This document shows positions 10,175-19,895 of a DNA stretch of 64,000 bases, piece by piece. Source of the DNA: a virus. Its lineage: Duplodnaviria > Caudoviricetes. A model generated the notes under the pieces. The model made no database searches and was not told the origin of the DNA. It saw nothing but the letters and a program-made list of their open reading frames with translations. Both the position numbers and the translations under genes were made by a program. How positions within the stretch are numbered: position 1 is the first letter of the stretch; the number at the start of each line of letters is the position of its first letter. Where the stretch lies: positions 491-64,490 of IMG/VR virus record IMGVR_UViG_3300021962_005968; one strand, written 5' to 3'.

Positions 10175-11536
10175 ATGCGACTTTATAAAAAGAGAGTTGC
10201 GTTTTGTATTAGCGATCAACACCTTGTTCCTCACGGTGGCATCGGACAATTCGCAAAAGGTTTTGTTGAAATGGCAAATATTATTAACTGGAAAGTTGAT
10301 ATTATTACAGACAAACCAACAACAAATGAATTTGCTAAATTGGTAGAATCTTTAGGGGCTAATTTAATTGCTCCGAAAAATGCCATGTCTTATAAGAATC
10401 ATACTGGCACATTTGCATTTACAGATTCAATTAATTTTGAAAAGATGATTAACTTCAGAGATGCAGTTATGAATGCGTTTCATACTAACATCTATGATAT
10501 GGTTGTTTGTAATTCATTAGAAGCAATGCCTGCAGTATTAAGTTTTGATCTTAATAATTACATCCCAGTAGTTCTATACACGCATGAAGAAAGCATGGTC
10601 TTCCGTGATACTCGCAAATTTAAAGGTGTGTTTTTAGAAAGTTGTAATGAGTTCTTTAATAATTTAATGAACCTTGAGAACTGTCATATTGGTACACAAT
10701 CTGCACGTAATGTAGCTGAGATTAAAAACAATGGCGGAGTTAATGTAGAGCATTTAAGTATGCCTATGTCTGAAAGAGAATTACTCACAGGCGGTTATAC
10801 AGAACGAAAAGGTGTCTTGTATATTGGTCGTTGGGAAGATCGTAAAAACCCCGAAGCATTTTTAAAGGTAATTAAAGAGACGGGATTGCCTGCAAAAATC
10901 ATGACCAATGCCAACGGCAAAAAGAAATTTGAAGCTCGTCTTGCAGAATTGGGTATTACAGATTATGAAATTAAAGCAAGTATTGTGGGCAAAGAAAAAG
11001 TTGATTTTATCAAATCTGCTAAGGTGCACTTCAATCCCTCTTTAAGAGAAAATTATCCATTTACTTTCTTTGAATGTTTGGGTCATATGCCCTGCATTGT
11101 AATCGATAAATCTGAATGGGTTACAAATTTTGATAGTAAATATTATATTCGTTTGCCATTAAATGAAGTTGCTGCAACATTAAAAATTGAATATGATGCT
11201 GATCGAAAAGATCGTAATCATGATGCGCTTCAGTATATTAAACATTTGGATTTCCAAACATCTGATAGATGGGTTAAATTCTTAAATTCATATAATCAAA
11301 CATCTTTGGCCCGATCCGATTCTGCAAAAATTAATGATTATTCCGAAATTAAATATGCGGAATTTATTCGTATACTAAATAGAACACAATTGGCTATCGA
11401 CGATGTTAAAAGTGTATTGACAAATAAGTCTAAATATAATATAATCTATACAGACAACGACACATACTTAACTAAAGATCCTAATTTTATACCAAAAGAA
11501 GAAGCAACTTCTTCATTAGAAAGCCTATTTGAATGA
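10175..11536 (+). CDS. GT-B (GT4-like) glycosyltransferase
   Basis: Motifs PHGGIGQF, LYIGRWEDRKNP and PSLRENYPFTFFE (Ex7E-like). Confidence 0.8.
   Translation: MRLYKKRVAFCISDQHLVPHGGIGQFAKGFVEMANIINWKVDIITDKPTTNEFAKLVESLGANLIAPKNAMSYKNHTGTFAFTDSINFEKMINFRDAVMNAFHTNIYDMVVCNSLEAMPAVLSFDLNNYIPVVLYTHEESMVFRDTRKFKGVFLESCNEFFNNLMNLENCHIGTQSARNVAEIKNNGGVNVEHLSMPMSERELLTGGYTERKGVLYIGRWEDRKNPEAFLKVIKETGLPAKIMTNANGKKKFEARLAELGITDYEIKASIVGKEKVDFIKSAKVHFNPSLRENYPFTFFECLGHMPCIVIDKSEWVTNFDSKYYIRLPLNEVAATLKIEYDADRKDRNHDALQYIKHLDFQTSDRWVKFLNSYNQTSLARSDSAKINDYSEIKYAEFIRILNRTQLAIDDVKSVLTNKSKYNIIYTDNDTYLTKDPNFIPKEEATSSLESLFE
11417..11445 (+). promoter_or_regulatory. Sigma70-like promoter inside the GT gene, upstream of the dpdA-like gene
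   Basis: TTGACA-17 nt-TATAAT perfect consensus. Confidence 0.7.
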
Positions 11537-12819
11537 GAACATATGAATATGTAATTTCTGGTCCAGCATATTTGCGCCTCGGTGCAGAACAATGTAATGA
11601 TCCAGATGTATTAGAAATGATGCTTGACATGATTGGTCGAGTATGTCACAACCAAAATAATCATACATTCTCATTATTGTATAATGGTTTTACTGAAAAG
11701 AACTTTGGACCCAAGTTACAAAAGTTTCGCCCCTCAATTAATAACATTCATGCTGACTCTGGTGGTTTGCAGATTATTACTCGCGGATTGAAAAATACTC
11801 CAGAAGTCAGAGAAAAGGTATATTCGAATCAAGGCACATACGCAGACATTGGTATGGCATTTGACGAGATTCCGGTTAAGACAACTTCTACAAGTGGCGT
11901 ATCATCTAAGATTGATACCAAGCGTAGATATGCGGATATGGATAATTTTGACGAGTATGCAAGACAAACGGGTCGAAATGTAAAAGCACAAATTGAAACA
12001 TTTGATAGAATGGGTAGTTCTTGCAGACCATTTGTTATTATGCAGGGATCATCTCAAGAATCATATTCTCGTTGGGCGGAATTAGTTCTAGAAGAAATTA
12101 CTCCCGCATTGCATCATCGTATCGGTGGTCTTGCTATGGGATCAGCTGCACTAGGTATGGGTCAATTGGAAGATGTTAAACGGGCATTCTATGTTACACA
12201 GATGCCGTACACAAGACCATTTCATTTACACGTCTTAGGCGTAGGTGCATTACGTCGTATTCTTCCTTATATTTGTTTTAGTCAATCTGGTCTATATGAA
12301 GGCATTGATATTTCATATGACTCAACAACTCATTCTATGTCATTGGATAATGGATTGTTTTATTTCTCATTTGCTAAAAAAGCAGCTGGCTCACCGTATG
12401 GTGGCACATCTGTAAAAATGGGTAGAGAGTATTCTAACATTTATAGAACAGTTACTACAGAAATTAATACAGTATGCGGAACAAATTATACTCCTGAAGA
12501 ATATCATATATTAATGAACAGAGGTGTTGGTGTTCATTTAGAAGCAGGTGGAAAATTTGTAGATATTATGCGTGCTCGTCTTGCCTTTATTTTAACAAAC
12601 GTACACAATTTTACTCACGATGTAAATGCTTTAACAGAATCTAAAGAATTGTTTTTAAAATTCTGTAGAGAAAAAGATTGTGAAAATGAATATGCTACAT
12701 TATTTGATGTTAAGACTCTTTCCGATTTCGAAGACTGGGAAAAGAATGTAGGCAGGTATATGGAGTCTGAACCAGTTAACACACAACCACCAGTTTCACT
12801 TGAGGATTTATTTGCATGA
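11533..12819 (+). CDS. TGT-family base-exchange enzyme, probable DNA 7-deazaguanine transglycosylase (DpdA-like)
   Basis: TGT motifs ADSGGLQ, MAFDEIP, IMQG, HLHVLGVG and SYDSTT. Clustered with queE/folE/queD. Confidence 0.8.
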   Translation: MRTYEYVISGPAYLRLGAEQCNDPDVLEMMLDMIGRVCHNQNNHTFSLLYNGFTEKNFGPKLQKFRPSINNIHADSGGLQIITRGLKNTPEVREKVYSNQGTYADIGMAFDEIPVKTTSTSGVSSKIDTKRRYADMDNFDEYARQTGRNVKAQIETFDRMGSSCRPFVIMQGSSQESYSRWAELVLEEITPALHHRIGGLAMGSAALGMGQLEDVKRAFYVTQMPYTRPFHLHVLGVGALRRILPYICFSQSGLYEGIDISYDSTTHSMSLDNGLFYFSFAKKAAGSPYGGTSVKMGREYSNIYRTVTTEINTVCGTNYTPEEYHILMNRGVGVHLEAGGKFVDIMRARLAFILTNVHNFTHDVNALTESKELFLKFCREKDCENEYATLFDVKTLSDFEDWEKNVGRYMESEPVNTQPPVSLEDLFA

Positions 12820-13268
12820 GCACTATTATTTCAGACGATACAGTATTTTTTACAGATACAATTATACATAGTAAATTAGTTAAAAAGAAAAGTTCTATTT
12901 GGGTTACCTTTCAGAAAGAAGGTATTCATAAATATCCACAAGCGGCAACTGATCCTAAATTAGCAACAGGTGATTGGCTTGATGTTTCATTCTTAGGAAC
13001 ACCTCATAGACATATATTTCATTTCCGAGTAGAGATGGAAGTATTTCATGATGATCGAGATGTAGAATTTATTCAGGCAAAACGTATTATGGAAAGATGG
13101 TATTCCGATGGTACATTACAATTAGATTTTAAATCTTGTGAGATGATGGCAAATGATCTATATGACAAATGTAGTGTTCAATGGCCTAATAGAGATTATA
13201 CTATTGAAGTATCAGAAGACGGTGAAAACGGGTGTAGAATTAGTTTTGAAAGGGTAGCAGGTGAGTAA
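12816..13268 (+). CDS. QueD-like T-fold protein with LxxxHRHxF motif (DpdL-like)
   Basis: Motifs EGIHKYP, FLGTPHRHIF, SCEMMA and VSEDGEN. Translationally coupled to the dpdA-like gene. Confidence 0.7.
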   Translation: MSTIISDDTVFFTDTIIHSKLVKKKSSIWVTFQKEGIHKYPQAATDPKLATGDWLDVSFLGTPHRHIFHFRVEMEVFHDDRDVEFIQAKRIMERWYSDGTLQLDFKSCEMMANDLYDKCSVQWPNRDYTIEVSEDGENGCRISFERVAGE

Positions 13269-14430
13269 ATTATATTATATGGGTTTAGAACCCTATGAAG
13301 GTCGGTATACTCTACAGTTGCAACAATGGAGTGAAGCTGCATTTAAACGTAGAGGTATTGACTATGAAGTAATTCATGGTGATATTCTAGATGACTCTAA
13401 AGCAATTGTAACAGGTCAAGTACTTGATGCACACGGCCGTAGTTATTATTCGTTGACACAGATGGCTAATCTTATTAAGAAGATGAAAGCTGGTGAAATT
13501 ACTTGGCAGGATACAATCTTTTTTGAAGATATGTTTACCCCTGGAATTGAAGCATTACCCTATATAATGGATCAAGTAAGCTATGAATATCAACCTCGCA
13601 TCTTTGTTCGTTGTCTTGCACAATCTATTGACCCTGATGATTTTGTTCACGTATGGGATATGCAGAAGTGGATGGGTATGTACGAGAAGATGACAGATCA
13701 ATTTGTTACAGGTGTACTTGCATCTAACGAAGAGATGGTTGCTCATATGAAAATTGCAGGTTGGGAAGCACCAATCTTTAATATCTCTGGACTTGCATTT
13801 GATAAAGATGAAGTTCGTAGTCGTGTAGCAAATCGTATTCCATTTAATCAGCGCAAACAGCGTGTAGTCTTTGCTGCAAGATTCGATCAAGAGAAACAAC
13901 CCGATTTCTTTATGGATTTAATTGAACGCTATTATACAATTAATCCAAATGTAGAATTTGCTGTTCTTTCAGGCGGCCCTTTGCGTAGTAACAATGAAAA
14001 GTATTTGACTCGCGCGCGAGCATTGGAAAAGACTCATAATTTTAAAATCTATGAGAATCTTAAAAAGAATGAATACTATGAATTGTTAGGCGATTCTCGA
14101 GTATTATTTAATTGTGCATTGCAGGATTGGGTAAGCAATACCGCATCAGAAGCAGATGCATTAGGTACAAATTGTTTATATCCTGCATATAGATCATTCC
14201 CAGAATCATTTGCTAATGATCGTGAATGTCTTTATATTCCATGGTCACAAGATGATGCAGTATTTAAATTAAATACATTGCTGTTTCAAGAGCGAACTAA
14301 TCTAGGTAAGTTGTCTGATTGGACATCTGGTACTATTGATCGTTGCTTAGATATTATGTTTGAAGATAATGCTAAATGGTATCGTAGCGGTAAGGATTAC
14401 AGAGATTATGTCCCAGCAGCCAAGTACTAA
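13261..14430 (+). CDS. GT-B glycosyltransferase
   Basis: Motifs VVFAARFDQEKQPDFF and FNCALQDWVSNTASEADALG. Confidence 0.75.
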   Translation: MSKLYYMGLEPYEGRYTLQLQQWSEAAFKRRGIDYEVIHGDILDDSKAIVTGQVLDAHGRSYYSLTQMANLIKKMKAGEITWQDTIFFEDMFTPGIEALPYIMDQVSYEYQPRIFVRCLAQSIDPDDFVHVWDMQKWMGMYEKMTDQFVTGVLASNEEMVAHMKIAGWEAPIFNISGLAFDKDEVRSRVANRIPFNQRKQRVVFAARFDQEKQPDFFMDLIERYYTINPNVEFAVLSGGPLRSNNEKYLTRARALEKTHNFKIYENLKKNEYYELLGDSRVLFNCALQDWVSNTASEADALGTNCLYPAYRSFPESFANDRECLYIPWSQDDAVFKLNTLLFQERTNLGKLSDWTSGTIDRCLDIMFEDNAKWYRSGKDYRDYVPAAKY

Positions 14431-15430
14431 ATTAGTTGTTGTCACCGGTTCCGCTGGTTATATCGGCGGACAGACTTGTATCGAATTAAAGAAACAAGGA
14501 TACGAAGTTATCGGCATTGATAACAGACATAACGAACATCTTGATGCATTTCAAGATGAATATTTGCAATGCGACTTTACAGACTTAGAGGCATTTAGTC
14601 TTTATAAAAAGGTGTATCCTGTTGCAATTATACATTGTGCTGGTACTAGTCTAGTTGGTCCTAGTATGAAAAATCCAGGACATTACTTTCATAATAATGT
14701 ATCTAAAACAAATTTACTTTTAGACTTTGTTGCTAAACAAATCCCAAAGACTAAAATTATTTTTAGTAGTAGCGCATCTGTTTATGGTATTCCTAAAACA
14801 AAAACACCGTTGAGAGAAAACGATAAGGTTGATCCTATTTCCCCATACGGTGAATCTAAATTGATGGTCGAGCATCTATTAGAATGGTATCATAGGTGTC
14901 ACAATTTAAACTATACAGCATTTAGATATTTTAATGCTTGCGGTGCAGATGATAACGGTCAACATGGCCAAGAACCAGATGCAACACATATCTTTGCCAA
15001 ACTATTTGAAGCAGCTAAAAACAACACATCATTTACTTTAAATGGTGCAGACTATGGCACACCAGACGGAACTTGTATTAGAGATTATATTCATGTTCAA
15101 GATATTGCACTTGCACACATAAAAGCTATTGACAAATCTATTCAAGGCATATATAATTTAGGAATGCTTCAGGGACATTCTAATCTACAAATTCAAATGC
15201 TTGTAGAAAAAATTACCAATAAAGAAATTGTAACATTTATTAATAGACGACGCGAGGGCGATCCGCCATCGTTAGTTGCTGATAGTACAATGTTTAAACG
15301 TCTTGCAGATTGGAATCCTGTATATGATATGTCAGATATTTTAACATCTTTAAATACATGGTATAATTCTCCGACATATGATGCTTTAACAAAGCAGCGG
15401 TCTTATTCGAACATTCACCCCGCTTTATAA
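14408..15430 (+). CDS. galE: UDP-glucose 4-epimerase
   Basis: Motifs VTGSAGYIG, FSSSASVYG, YGESK, RYFNACGA and DGTCIRDYIHV. Confidence 0.9.
   Translation: MSQQPSTKLVVVTGSAGYIGGQTCIELKKQGYEVIGIDNRHNEHLDAFQDEYLQCDFTDLEAFSLYKKVYPVAIIHCAGTSLVGPSMKNPGHYFHNNVSKTNLLLDFVAKQIPKTKIIFSSSASVYGIPKTKTPLRENDKVDPISPYGESKLMVEHLLEWYHRCHNLNYTAFRYFNACGADDNGQHGQEPDATHIFAKLFEAAKNNTSFTLNGADYGTPDGTCIRDYIHVQDIALAHIKAIDKSIQGIYNLGMLQGHSNLQIQMLVEKITNKEIVTFINRRREGDPPSLVADSTMFKRLADWNPVYDMSDILTSLNTWYNSPTYDALTKQRSYSNIHPAL
15129..15157 (+). promoter_or_regulatory. Sigma70-like promoter inside galE, upstream of queD
   Basis: TTGACA-17 nt-TATAAT perfect consensus. Confidence 0.65.
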
Positions 15431-15468
15431 ATTCTGCATGTCGTCAAACTTACTTAAAGAGGCAAGAG

Positions 15469-15951
15469 ATGGCAAATAAAAAATTCTTCTCAACAAAAAC
15501 ATATAGACAAATAGGTCCCGTAGCTTATAGGCAATGGCGCGCTGATTCACATTGCAATTTAATTCATGGTTATGCTATGAGTTTTCACTTTGAATTTGAA
15601 GCAGATACGTTGGATGCTCGTAACTGGGTAACTGATTTTGGTGGACTGCGCCCACTTAAAGACAAGCTAGAAGAATGGTTTGACCATACTCTTTTGGTTG
15701 CACAAGATGATCCTATGCGTGAACATCTATTGGAACTAGGTAGATTAAAACTAGCAAAGATTACAGAAGTAGAACGTACGGGGTGTGAGGGTCTAGCTGA
15801 CTTCTTATACGAATATATTAACACTATTTTCTTACCTAACTGCGGTAGCGAAGAAGCAAAACGTGTTTGGTGTTGCAGAGTAGAAGTTCGAGAGACTGAT
15901 AGCAATATGGCTGGTCGTTCTGGTCATAGAGAAGATAGAGAATTTGAATAG
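15469..15951 (+). CDS. queD: 6-carboxytetrahydropterin synthase-like (QueD variant)
   Basis: Motifs SHCNLIHGY, WVTDFG, FDH and EVRET. Two Zn-ligand His positions are Tyr. Confidence 0.8.
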   Translation: MANKKFFSTKTYRQIGPVAYRQWRADSHCNLIHGYAMSFHFEFEADTLDARNWVTDFGGLRPLKDKLEEWFDHTLLVAQDDPMREHLLELGRLKLAKITEVERTGCEGLADFLYEYINTIFLPNCGSEEAKRVWCCRVEVRETDSNMAGRSGHREDREFE

Positions 15952-16540
15952 AATAATGACAATGCTGCCCCAGATTGGCGACATTGATGTATTTGATAGT
16001 ATATCTTCAGATGATCTTTGGTGCGTAGATAAATTAATCTTATCAAAAAAATTAGGTTACAAATGTGGCCCGGCAGGAATACCTCCGTCTGTGCCAGGAC
16101 AGTATATAGTGCGCCCTATTGTAAATCTAAAAATGATGGGGGTAGGTGCCACAATAAAATACCTAGACTCTGACTCAATTCCAGATGGTTATTTCTGGTG
16201 TGAGATGTTTACTGGCCGTCATTTGAGTTTTGATTATCATTGGGGCAAACAAACATTAGCGGTTGAAGGATTTAGATCCGATACAAATCGACTAGATCGA
16301 TTTAGTCGATGGACCCGTGTTGTTGATATGTTTGTATTACCAGAGGTACTGCAAAATGTTGCAGATCGATATGCTTGGTTCAACGTAGAAGTTATAGGCG
16401 ATAAAGTGATTGAAGTACATTTTAGATATAATGATGACTTTGCTAACCACAACGCAAATACTATTATACCTGTTTGGCAGGAAGAGTTTTACCCCAGTCC
16501 TGCAGGAGATAGATTAGGATTTATTTTAAAATATGAATAG
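15944..16540 (+). CDS. Hypothetical phage protein (possible truncated ATP-grasp-like)
   Basis: ORF with YIVRPIVNL, FWCEMFTGRHLSFDY and NVEVIGDKVIEVHFR. Confidence 0.55.
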   Translation: MNRIMTMLPQIGDIDVFDSISSDDLWCVDKLILSKKLGYKCGPAGIPPSVPGQYIVRPIVNLKMMGVGATIKYLDSDSIPDGYFWCEMFTGRHLSFDYHWGKQTLAVEGFRSDTNRLDRFSRWTRVVDMFVLPEVLQNVADRYAWFNVEVIGDKVIEVHFRYNDDFANHNANTIIPVWQEEFYPSPAGDRLGFILKYE

Positions 16541-16552
16541 TTTAGAAAAAGT

Positions 16553-17608
16553 ATGAAAATCTGTTTATTAGGTGATACCCATTTTGGTGTTAGGAATGAT
16601 TCTAAAGCATTTCACGCATACTATGAGAAATTTTACAGCGAGATATTTGTTCCATATTTGTTGGAACATAATATTGATACTGTAATTCAATTAGGTGATT
16701 TGTTTGATCGTCGAAAATATATTAACTTTAATTCACTTGCTGAAGCAAGAAGATACTTCTTTGACGCTTTAGAAACGCACGGTATTAAATTAGTAACTTT
16801 AATTGGAAACCATGACATTTTCTGGAAAGAAAGTCTCAATGTTAATTCGCCCGATCTTTTATTAAAAGACTATGGCAACATTACTATCTATCAAGAACCA
16901 GGTAAATTTGTTTATGACAATATTACCTTTGATATTATTCCTTGGATATGTAAAGAAAATGAAGCAGCAATTGCAACATTTATGGATACAAGTTCTGCAG
17001 ATTATTGTATAGGTCATTTTGAGATTGCAGGGTTTCAGATGATGAAAGGTATTGACAATCATGAAGGCGTTGATCGTAGTTATTTTAAACAATATAAACA
17101 AGTACTAAGCGGACATTTTCATACTAAATCATCTGAAGGAAACATCACATACTTAGGTACTCCTTACGAGCTAACATGGAATGATGAAAGTGACCCTAAA
17201 GGGTTTTTCATATTTGATACCGAGACACATGGGTTAGAATTTATTCAAAATCCATATACGATTTTTACAAAGTTTTATTACGATGATGATAAGTTTGATC
17301 CTGACAGTATAGATGTTAGTGAATTTTCAAATCAACATATTAAACTCATTGTTGTTAAAAAGAAAGACTTTGTTAAATTTGAGAAGTTTATAGAAAGAAT
17401 CTATAAACAAGATCCCTTAGAACTAAAAATTATTGAAGACTTTTCTGAGTTTGAATCTGAAGCATTAGATGATTCTATTGATTTAGAAGATACTATGACT
17501 CTGTTATCTAATTATGTAGATAGCGTTGAGACTGATGTGGATAAAGAAAGACTTAAGACATTGCTAAAGACATTATACGTTGAAGCACAACATTACGAAC
17601 AAGCATGA
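16553..17608 (+). CDS. gp47: gp47 recombination endonuclease subunit (Mre11/SbcD-like)
   Basis: Metallophosphoesterase motifs GDTHFG, LGDLFDRR, GNHD and SGHFH. Confidence 0.96.
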   Translation: MKICLLGDTHFGVRNDSKAFHAYYEKFYSEIFVPYLLEHNIDTVIQLGDLFDRRKYINFNSLAEARRYFFDALETHGIKLVTLIGNHDIFWKESLNVNSPDLLLKDYGNITIYQEPGKFVYDNITFDIIPWICKENEAAIATFMDTSSADYCIGHFEIAGFQMMKGIDNHEGVDRSYFKQYKQVLSGHFHTKSSEGNITYLGTPYELTWNDESDPKGFFIFDTETHGLEFIQNPYTIFTKFYYDDDKFDPDSIDVSEFSNQHIKLIVVKKKDFVKFEKFIERIYKQDPLELKIIEDFSEFESEALDDSIDLEDTMTLLSNYVDSVETDVDKERLKTLLKTLYVEAQHYEQA

Positions 17609-19317
17609 TTAGATTTACAAAGATCAGATGGAAAAACTTCCTTTCAACGGGCGGCCAATTTACAGAGATTGATTTTGAGAGTTCACCGTCAACTTTAATT
17701 GTTGGTGAAAATGGTGCGGGTAAAAGTACAATACTAGATGCTATTTGTTTTGTGTTATTTAATAAACCGTTTAGGAATATTAATAAACCGCAATTAATGA
17801 ATACAATTAATGGTAAGAATCTTCTTGTTGAAGTTGAATTTAGTATCGGCAAAAAAGACTATAAAGTAGTTCGAGGAATGAAACCCGGTATATTTGAAAT
17901 ATACTGTGACGGTGACATTCTTAATCAAGATGCTGCTGCAAAAGACTATCAAAAGTATCTTGAAGAAGCAATTTTAAAATTAAACTATAAATCATTTACA
18001 CAGATTGTTATTCTTGGATCTGCTTCATTTACTCCCTTTATGCAATTGTCTTTAGGTAATAGGCGTGAAATTATTGAAGACATTTTGGATATCCAAGTAT
18101 TTTCAGTAATGAATTCTGTATTAAAGGATAAGTCTTCAGAATTAAAATCTAAAATAACTGACATTGAAACTGTTATTGAAATTGGTAAAAACAAGGTTAA
18201 GTTGCAGCAACAATACATTGCAACGCTTGAAAGTGATAAACAAAAGAAAGTAGAAGATGTACAAAAGCGCATACTTGAATCGAATGCTGAGATATCACAA
18301 CTTAATGCAGGAATGTTGGGAGAGCAAGAAAAAGAAGCGGGTTGTAAATCCTCTATATCTGACGCCGATGAGAAGCGTAACAAGCGTACGGAGATGGGAG
18401 CTTTGCTTAGAAAGCTTTCCGAAAGAATTACTGCTCAAGAAACAAGCATACAATTTTACCACGACAATGATGTTTGTCCAACGTGTAGCCAGAATCTTGA
18501 CGAACATCTCAAAGGATCCGCAATCGAACTTCATACACATAAACGTGAAGAAGTGCAATCTGCGATTGAATCCCTTACCTCGCAACTTGAAGGTATTGAA
18601 ATTAGACTTAATGAGATTGATGCGATCGAAAAGGAAATCTCTCAACATAAGAGCAACATCATTACCTACAGCTCAAAAATCATTGCGGCGCAAAATTATA
18701 TTCAAAAGTTACAGGCGGACCTGGCAGGTAACACTAATGACACGGCAAATATTGTCGATGAAACGAGTAAGCTTAAAGCGCTCGCTAAGGAAGTTGTCAC
18801 TCATGCAGGCGAGAAGAGTAAGTTATCGGAGGATAAACATTATTTAGATATTGCCGCAGTATTGTTAAAAGACACAGGTATTAAAACAAAGATCATTAGA
18901 CAATACTTGCCTGTTATAAATAAATTAGTAAATAAGTATTTAACAGCAATGGACTTCTTTGTTCACTTTGAATTAGATGAATCATTTAATGAAGTAATTA
19001 AATCGAGACACAGAGATGAATTTAGTTATGCTTCATTTAGTGAAGGTGAGAAGCAAAGAATAGATTTAGCTTTATTGTTTACATGGCGTACTATTGCTAA
19101 AATGAAAAACAGTGCAAGTACAAACTTGTTATTGTTAGATGAAGTGTTTGATTCTTCATTAGATGCAAATGGTACAGACTATGTTATGAATTTGTTAAAT
19201 ACTATAGGTGACGATACAAATGTGTTTGTTATTTCGCATAAAGGCGATCAATTGATAGACAAATTTAAGTCGGTTATTAAATTTCAAAAGTATCAAAATT
19301 TTAGTAGACTAGTATGA
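17605..19317 (+). CDS. gp46: gp46 recombination endonuclease subunit (Rad50/SbcC-like)
   Basis: GENGAGKST, CPTC zinc hook, FSEGEK signature, LLDEVFD and ISH. Confidence 0.97.
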   Translation: MIRFTKIRWKNFLSTGGQFTEIDFESSPSTLIVGENGAGKSTILDAICFVLFNKPFRNINKPQLMNTINGKNLLVEVEFSIGKKDYKVVRGMKPGIFEIYCDGDILNQDAAAKDYQKYLEEAILKLNYKSFTQIVILGSASFTPFMQLSLGNRREIIEDILDIQVFSVMNSVLKDKSSELKSKITDIETVIEIGKNKVKLQQQYIATLESDKQKKVEDVQKRILESNAEISQLNAGMLGEQEKEAGCKSSISDADEKRNKRTEMGALLRKLSERITAQETSIQFYHDNDVCPTCSQNLDEHLKGSAIELHTHKREEVQSAIESLTSQLEGIEIRLNEIDAIEKEISQHKSNIITYSSKIIAAQNYIQKLQADLAGNTNDTANIVDETSKLKALAKEVVTHAGEKSKLSEDKHYLDIAAVLLKDTGIKTKIIRQYLPVINKLVNKYLTAMDFFVHFELDESFNEVIKSRHRDEFSYASFSEGEKQRIDLALLFTWRTIAKMKNSASTNLLLLDEVFDSSLDANGTDYVMNLLNTIGDDTNVFVISHKGDQLIDKFKSVIKFQKYQNFSRLV

Positions 19318-19895
19318 TTATATTAAGAAAAGACAAACTGAATCTTGTTGAACCCTCAGATCCAGCAATGACTAAAGCGCCTGCACCGTATGACTTTGAG
19401 ACAGAAGGTGAAAGCGCCCCGGGTGTTGCTAGTGTTTTATTTGAAAGAATGAAACAATTAGGGGGCGTTGGTCTAAGCGCAAACCAAGTGGGTTTAGATA
19501 TGCGATTATTTGTAATGGGTCTCGGCGAAACTAAAATTGCAGTATTTAATCCCATCATAATTAAATATAGTAAAACAGAAGAATTGTTCAATGAGGGATG
19601 TTTATCTTATCCCGGTATTATGTTATCTATTAATAGACCAACTAAAATCACAGCTACATATCAAGATGAAACTGGTAAATTTGTTGAGCAAGAATTTAAT
19701 GGATTGACTGCAAGAATTTTTCAACATGAATATGATCATATGAATGGCACTGATTTTACAAAGAAGGCATCTAAATTTAAATTAGATTTTGCTAAAAAGA
19801 AATTTGAAAATAAACGTAAAAAGATTATTAAAAAATACGCAGTAAAAACAATGGTAGAGGCATTAAATGACAGTAAAGATACCAACAGAATATAA
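19314..19895 (+). CDS. def: Peptide deformylase
   Basis: Motifs GVGLSANQVG, EGCLS and QHEYDH. Confidence 0.93.
   Translation: MIILRKDKLNLVEPSDPAMTKAPAPYDFETEGESAPGVASVLFERMKQLGGVGLSANQVGLDMRLFVMGLGETKIAVFNPIIIKYSKTEELFNEGCLSYPGIMLSINRPTKITATYQDETGKFVEQEFNGLTARIFQHEYDHMNGTDFTKKASKFKLDFAKKKFENKRKKIIKKYAVKTMVEALNDSKDTNRI

Noticed and set aside
11533-12819. Calling this gene a tRNA-modifying tgt for queuosine
   Set aside because: It lacks the CxCxxC zinc motif arrangement of bacterial Tgt, and no queC/queF/queA is present in the window. A DNA-acting DpdA-like role is more consistent, though unproven.
18257-18847. 196-aa alternative-frame ORF inside gp46
   Set aside because: It is fully nested in the gp46 coiled-coil region with no RBS or recognisable motif. 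It is most likely a shadow of a locally less AT-rich stretch.
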